Origin: Gracilinanus agilis
Lineage: Eukaryota
NCBI RefSeq assembly: GCF_016433145.1
Contig: NC_058134.1
Span: forward strand, 6,561,290-6,625,289
Length of the DNA: 64,000 bases
Reading direction: 5' to 3'
Shown here: one piece after another, positions 61,750 to 64,000 of the stretch
Position numbering within the stretch: the stretch's first letter is position 1
How the letters are laid out: each line of letters begins with the position of its first letter
Translations under genes and position numbers: made by a program
The notes under the pieces: generated by a model
Told to the model about the DNA's origin: nothing
The model's database searches: none
Seen by the model: the letters and a program-made list of their open reading frames with translations, nothing else

Positions 61750-63370
61750 CCGAGGCGCCCCGGCTGGGCTCTTCTCAGCGGCAGGGTGACCAAAGGGTTA
61801 GAGCACCTTCTGAAGCCCTCGAGGGCTTCCCTGGCCCGCTTTTCCGCCAGACGTCACCCCACCTTCCTGCCCGCTGCAGGGGAAGGGGGAGGCCGGCTGC
61901 TCCTCGACACCCAGCCTCATGGGCTGCGTGGCCACGTCCATGGGGCACAGAAAGCTCTCCGGCTCTAGAACGCCGATGCTGGGCGCGCGGGGGGCCGGGC
62001 GCAGGGCTGCGGGTTCGGGGACGGAGCCCTCTGGGAGGGCAGACTACGCCGGACACGGAACGTTCCAGGCGTGGGAGGGCTGCCCGATGCTGCTGTCACA
62101 CAGAAGGACAGAAGGACGGCCCAGCAAGTCCACTGCACGTGTTCAGTACTTGCTAAGTCACGGAGAAGAGAAGACAAAAGGAACAAGGCGGATCCTCTCC
62201 TAGAAGGTGGCGGGAGGAGGGAGAGAGGCCTGAGAAACAGAATTAAATGTGGATAGATTGGGGGGAGGGGGGGGAGGGGCAGGACCTCCCTGTGCCTGGG
62301 ACATCGGGCAATCTCGGCGGAGAGGGGAGGGAAGAGGACCTGAGAAAGATCCAGAGCCTCTGGAGCCGGCTCTGGGCCAGGCACCAGGCTCAGGAGCCGG
62401 GCAGACGTCCATCCCACGGCCGGCTTTGGCTTTGAAGAGGGAGGCAGGCGATCCTAAGGGATGGTCTGAGACACCCGGGAGGCAAAGGGACTTGCCTAGG
62501 GCGATGCGGTCAATACGTGTCCACACTGAGCCCATGATAGGAAGCCCTAAGATGGAATCCCCTAAAAGGACCGGGCCCTGCGCTCAGTGTTGATGTCATC
62601 AGCCGCCATTACAGCTCCCAAGTCTTAGAGACCAGAACCTCCAAGAACTGGGGTGGGTTTCCGAATGGCCTCAGAGGAGACCTAACAATGGTCACGGCAT
62701 CGCGGATTGTCTCAGAGAGGTTCGAGGCAAGGCCCCGCTTCTCTTCCTTTTCCAGGCAGCCCTCCATCAGCCAGGCAGCAACAAGCCTTCAGGGGTGCAG
62801 CCCCGAGCCCCCCGGCGCCAGAGGCCAAGGCTCTCCGGGCACTTCGTGGAGGGTCACTTCGCGGAGGGTCACTTTGTGGAGGGTCTTGGCTCTGGGGAGT
62901 GCCTCCTCCATGCCGCTGGCCCGGCTGGTCGTGGCCCTCCTCTCGCCCACAAGCTCCCCTGAGCCACCCCCCGGGCAGGGCGGCGATGGGGAAGAAGCCC
63001 ACCAGGGCAGCGCCAGGCGTGGGCAAGGCCGAAGGCATCCGCGCTCCTCTGAGGTCCCCGAGAGCGAACACAGAAAACGGAAGGGGGGCGTCCGAGTCAG
63101 AGAACAGAACAAATCCGTCCTGGTGGGCCTCGATAAAGGTGTCCTGACGGGAACGAAAAAGGGTCTCCTCGGGGCTCCCAGGCCTTCTCTGTCCCATGGG
63201 GGGCTTGACAAGAGGGTCTCCGAGGCCCCTCCCAGCCCAATCATTCATCACAAGGAACAATCCACACACACACACGCTAACAACAATGAACAACGAGGAT
63301 AAAAATATCACCCACATGGAGCTTAGCACACACCGGGCCCTGGGCTAGGCCTGCCGCAGCATTCCGGCGA
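61750..63370. promoter_or_regulatory. Intragenic GC/CpG-rich patch
   Basis: Visibly high GC and CpG relative to flanks. G6-A-G8-A-G4 tract at 62260-62279 and a 15-bp unit cacttcgtggagggt repeated three times at 62840-62884. Confidence 0.5.
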
Positions 63371-63814
63371 GGGGCAGATCCTAATTATTAGCCCCATTTT
63401 CAAGAACTGATTCGGGTCTTCTTGACTCTTCTTGACAATATCTACCCAATAACATGCCACCGGCTGACAGACACACACACACATCCCTACAAGTAGATGT
63501 AGCTTAGTTCAGGCTCAAATAAAACAAAAGGAAACGAGAGAATTCATGAATCTTCAAATGCCCTATTTATATTTTAATCTGAAAAACTACTCATAATACT
63601 AACAAGATCTCTTCATCACACACTCTCCCATGACAGAGTTCAAGGCTGCAGCTGTGGCTTTAGAGGGTCGTAATGACATTGTTTGTGGGAAAGAAGGAAT
63701 TCAAATTTTAAGAATTAATTACTTTAGAAATCAATATCCTACAAAGAATCTGAATCAATTTTGTATCGTTAAGATTCAGAGAAACAAGCAATCCTTTTTT
63801 GATCCATTTTTCAA

Positions 63815-63987
63815 GGGAAAAGACCTTGGAAATCAGCTAGCCCAACTTTCTAATTTTTCAAAGGGGTAAACTGAGGTCCATAAAAATGAAGGAATTTGTC
63901 CAAGGTCTCAAAGGTGATCAGTTGCCAGAGGCAGGGTTCAAATCCAGGCCTCCTGACTCCAAGTTCAGTCCTTTTCCCACTGTATCA
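63815..63987 (-). mobile_element. MIR/MIR3
   Basis: aaactgaggtcc...gggttcaaatccaggcctcctgactccaagttcagt. Confidence 0.8.
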
Positions 63988-64000
63988 AAAATTAGGTAGA

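Noticed and set aside
1-64000. CRISPR array, operon or other prokaryote-like system
   Set aside because: There are no regularly spaced direct repeats with unique spacers and no gene-dense coding. The window is mammalian intronic DNA.

Overview
This is mammalian genomic DNA. The SINE1_Mdo-like, MAR1-like and marsupial-type L1 repeats point to a didelphid opossum, but the species cannot be fixed from sequence alone. The only protein-coding segment I can support is a 65-nt internal exon on the minus strand (59495-59559, [21 protein letters not shown]+R), which the ORF track misses. It encodes part of the accessory catalytic domain of a type I diacylglycerol kinase, best matching DGKB. The rest of the window appears to be intron of that gene: at least 59 kb downstream of the exon and 4.4 kb upstream, with two N gaps. 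The intron holds layered transposon fossils: a near full-length L1, L1 3' ends with target-site duplications (TSDs), L2, CR1/L3, MIR, MAR1, three tail variants of a tRNA-derived SINE and one hAT MITE. It also has TG, GAT, TA and CT simple repeats and several repeat-free, homeobox-motif-rich blocks that look like enhancers. The most notable observations are: (1) a steep AT-to-GC drift inside one L1 and other dead repeats, suggesting fossil GC-biased gene conversion; (2) a hAT MITE carrying a near-consensus CTCF site beside a triplicated 8-bp target; (3) a SINE remnant remodelled into an ~85-nt hairpin. I found no evidence of a new multi-gene system. Repeat family names come from recalled consensus similarity, not from a database search, and many old-repeat boundaries are approximate.
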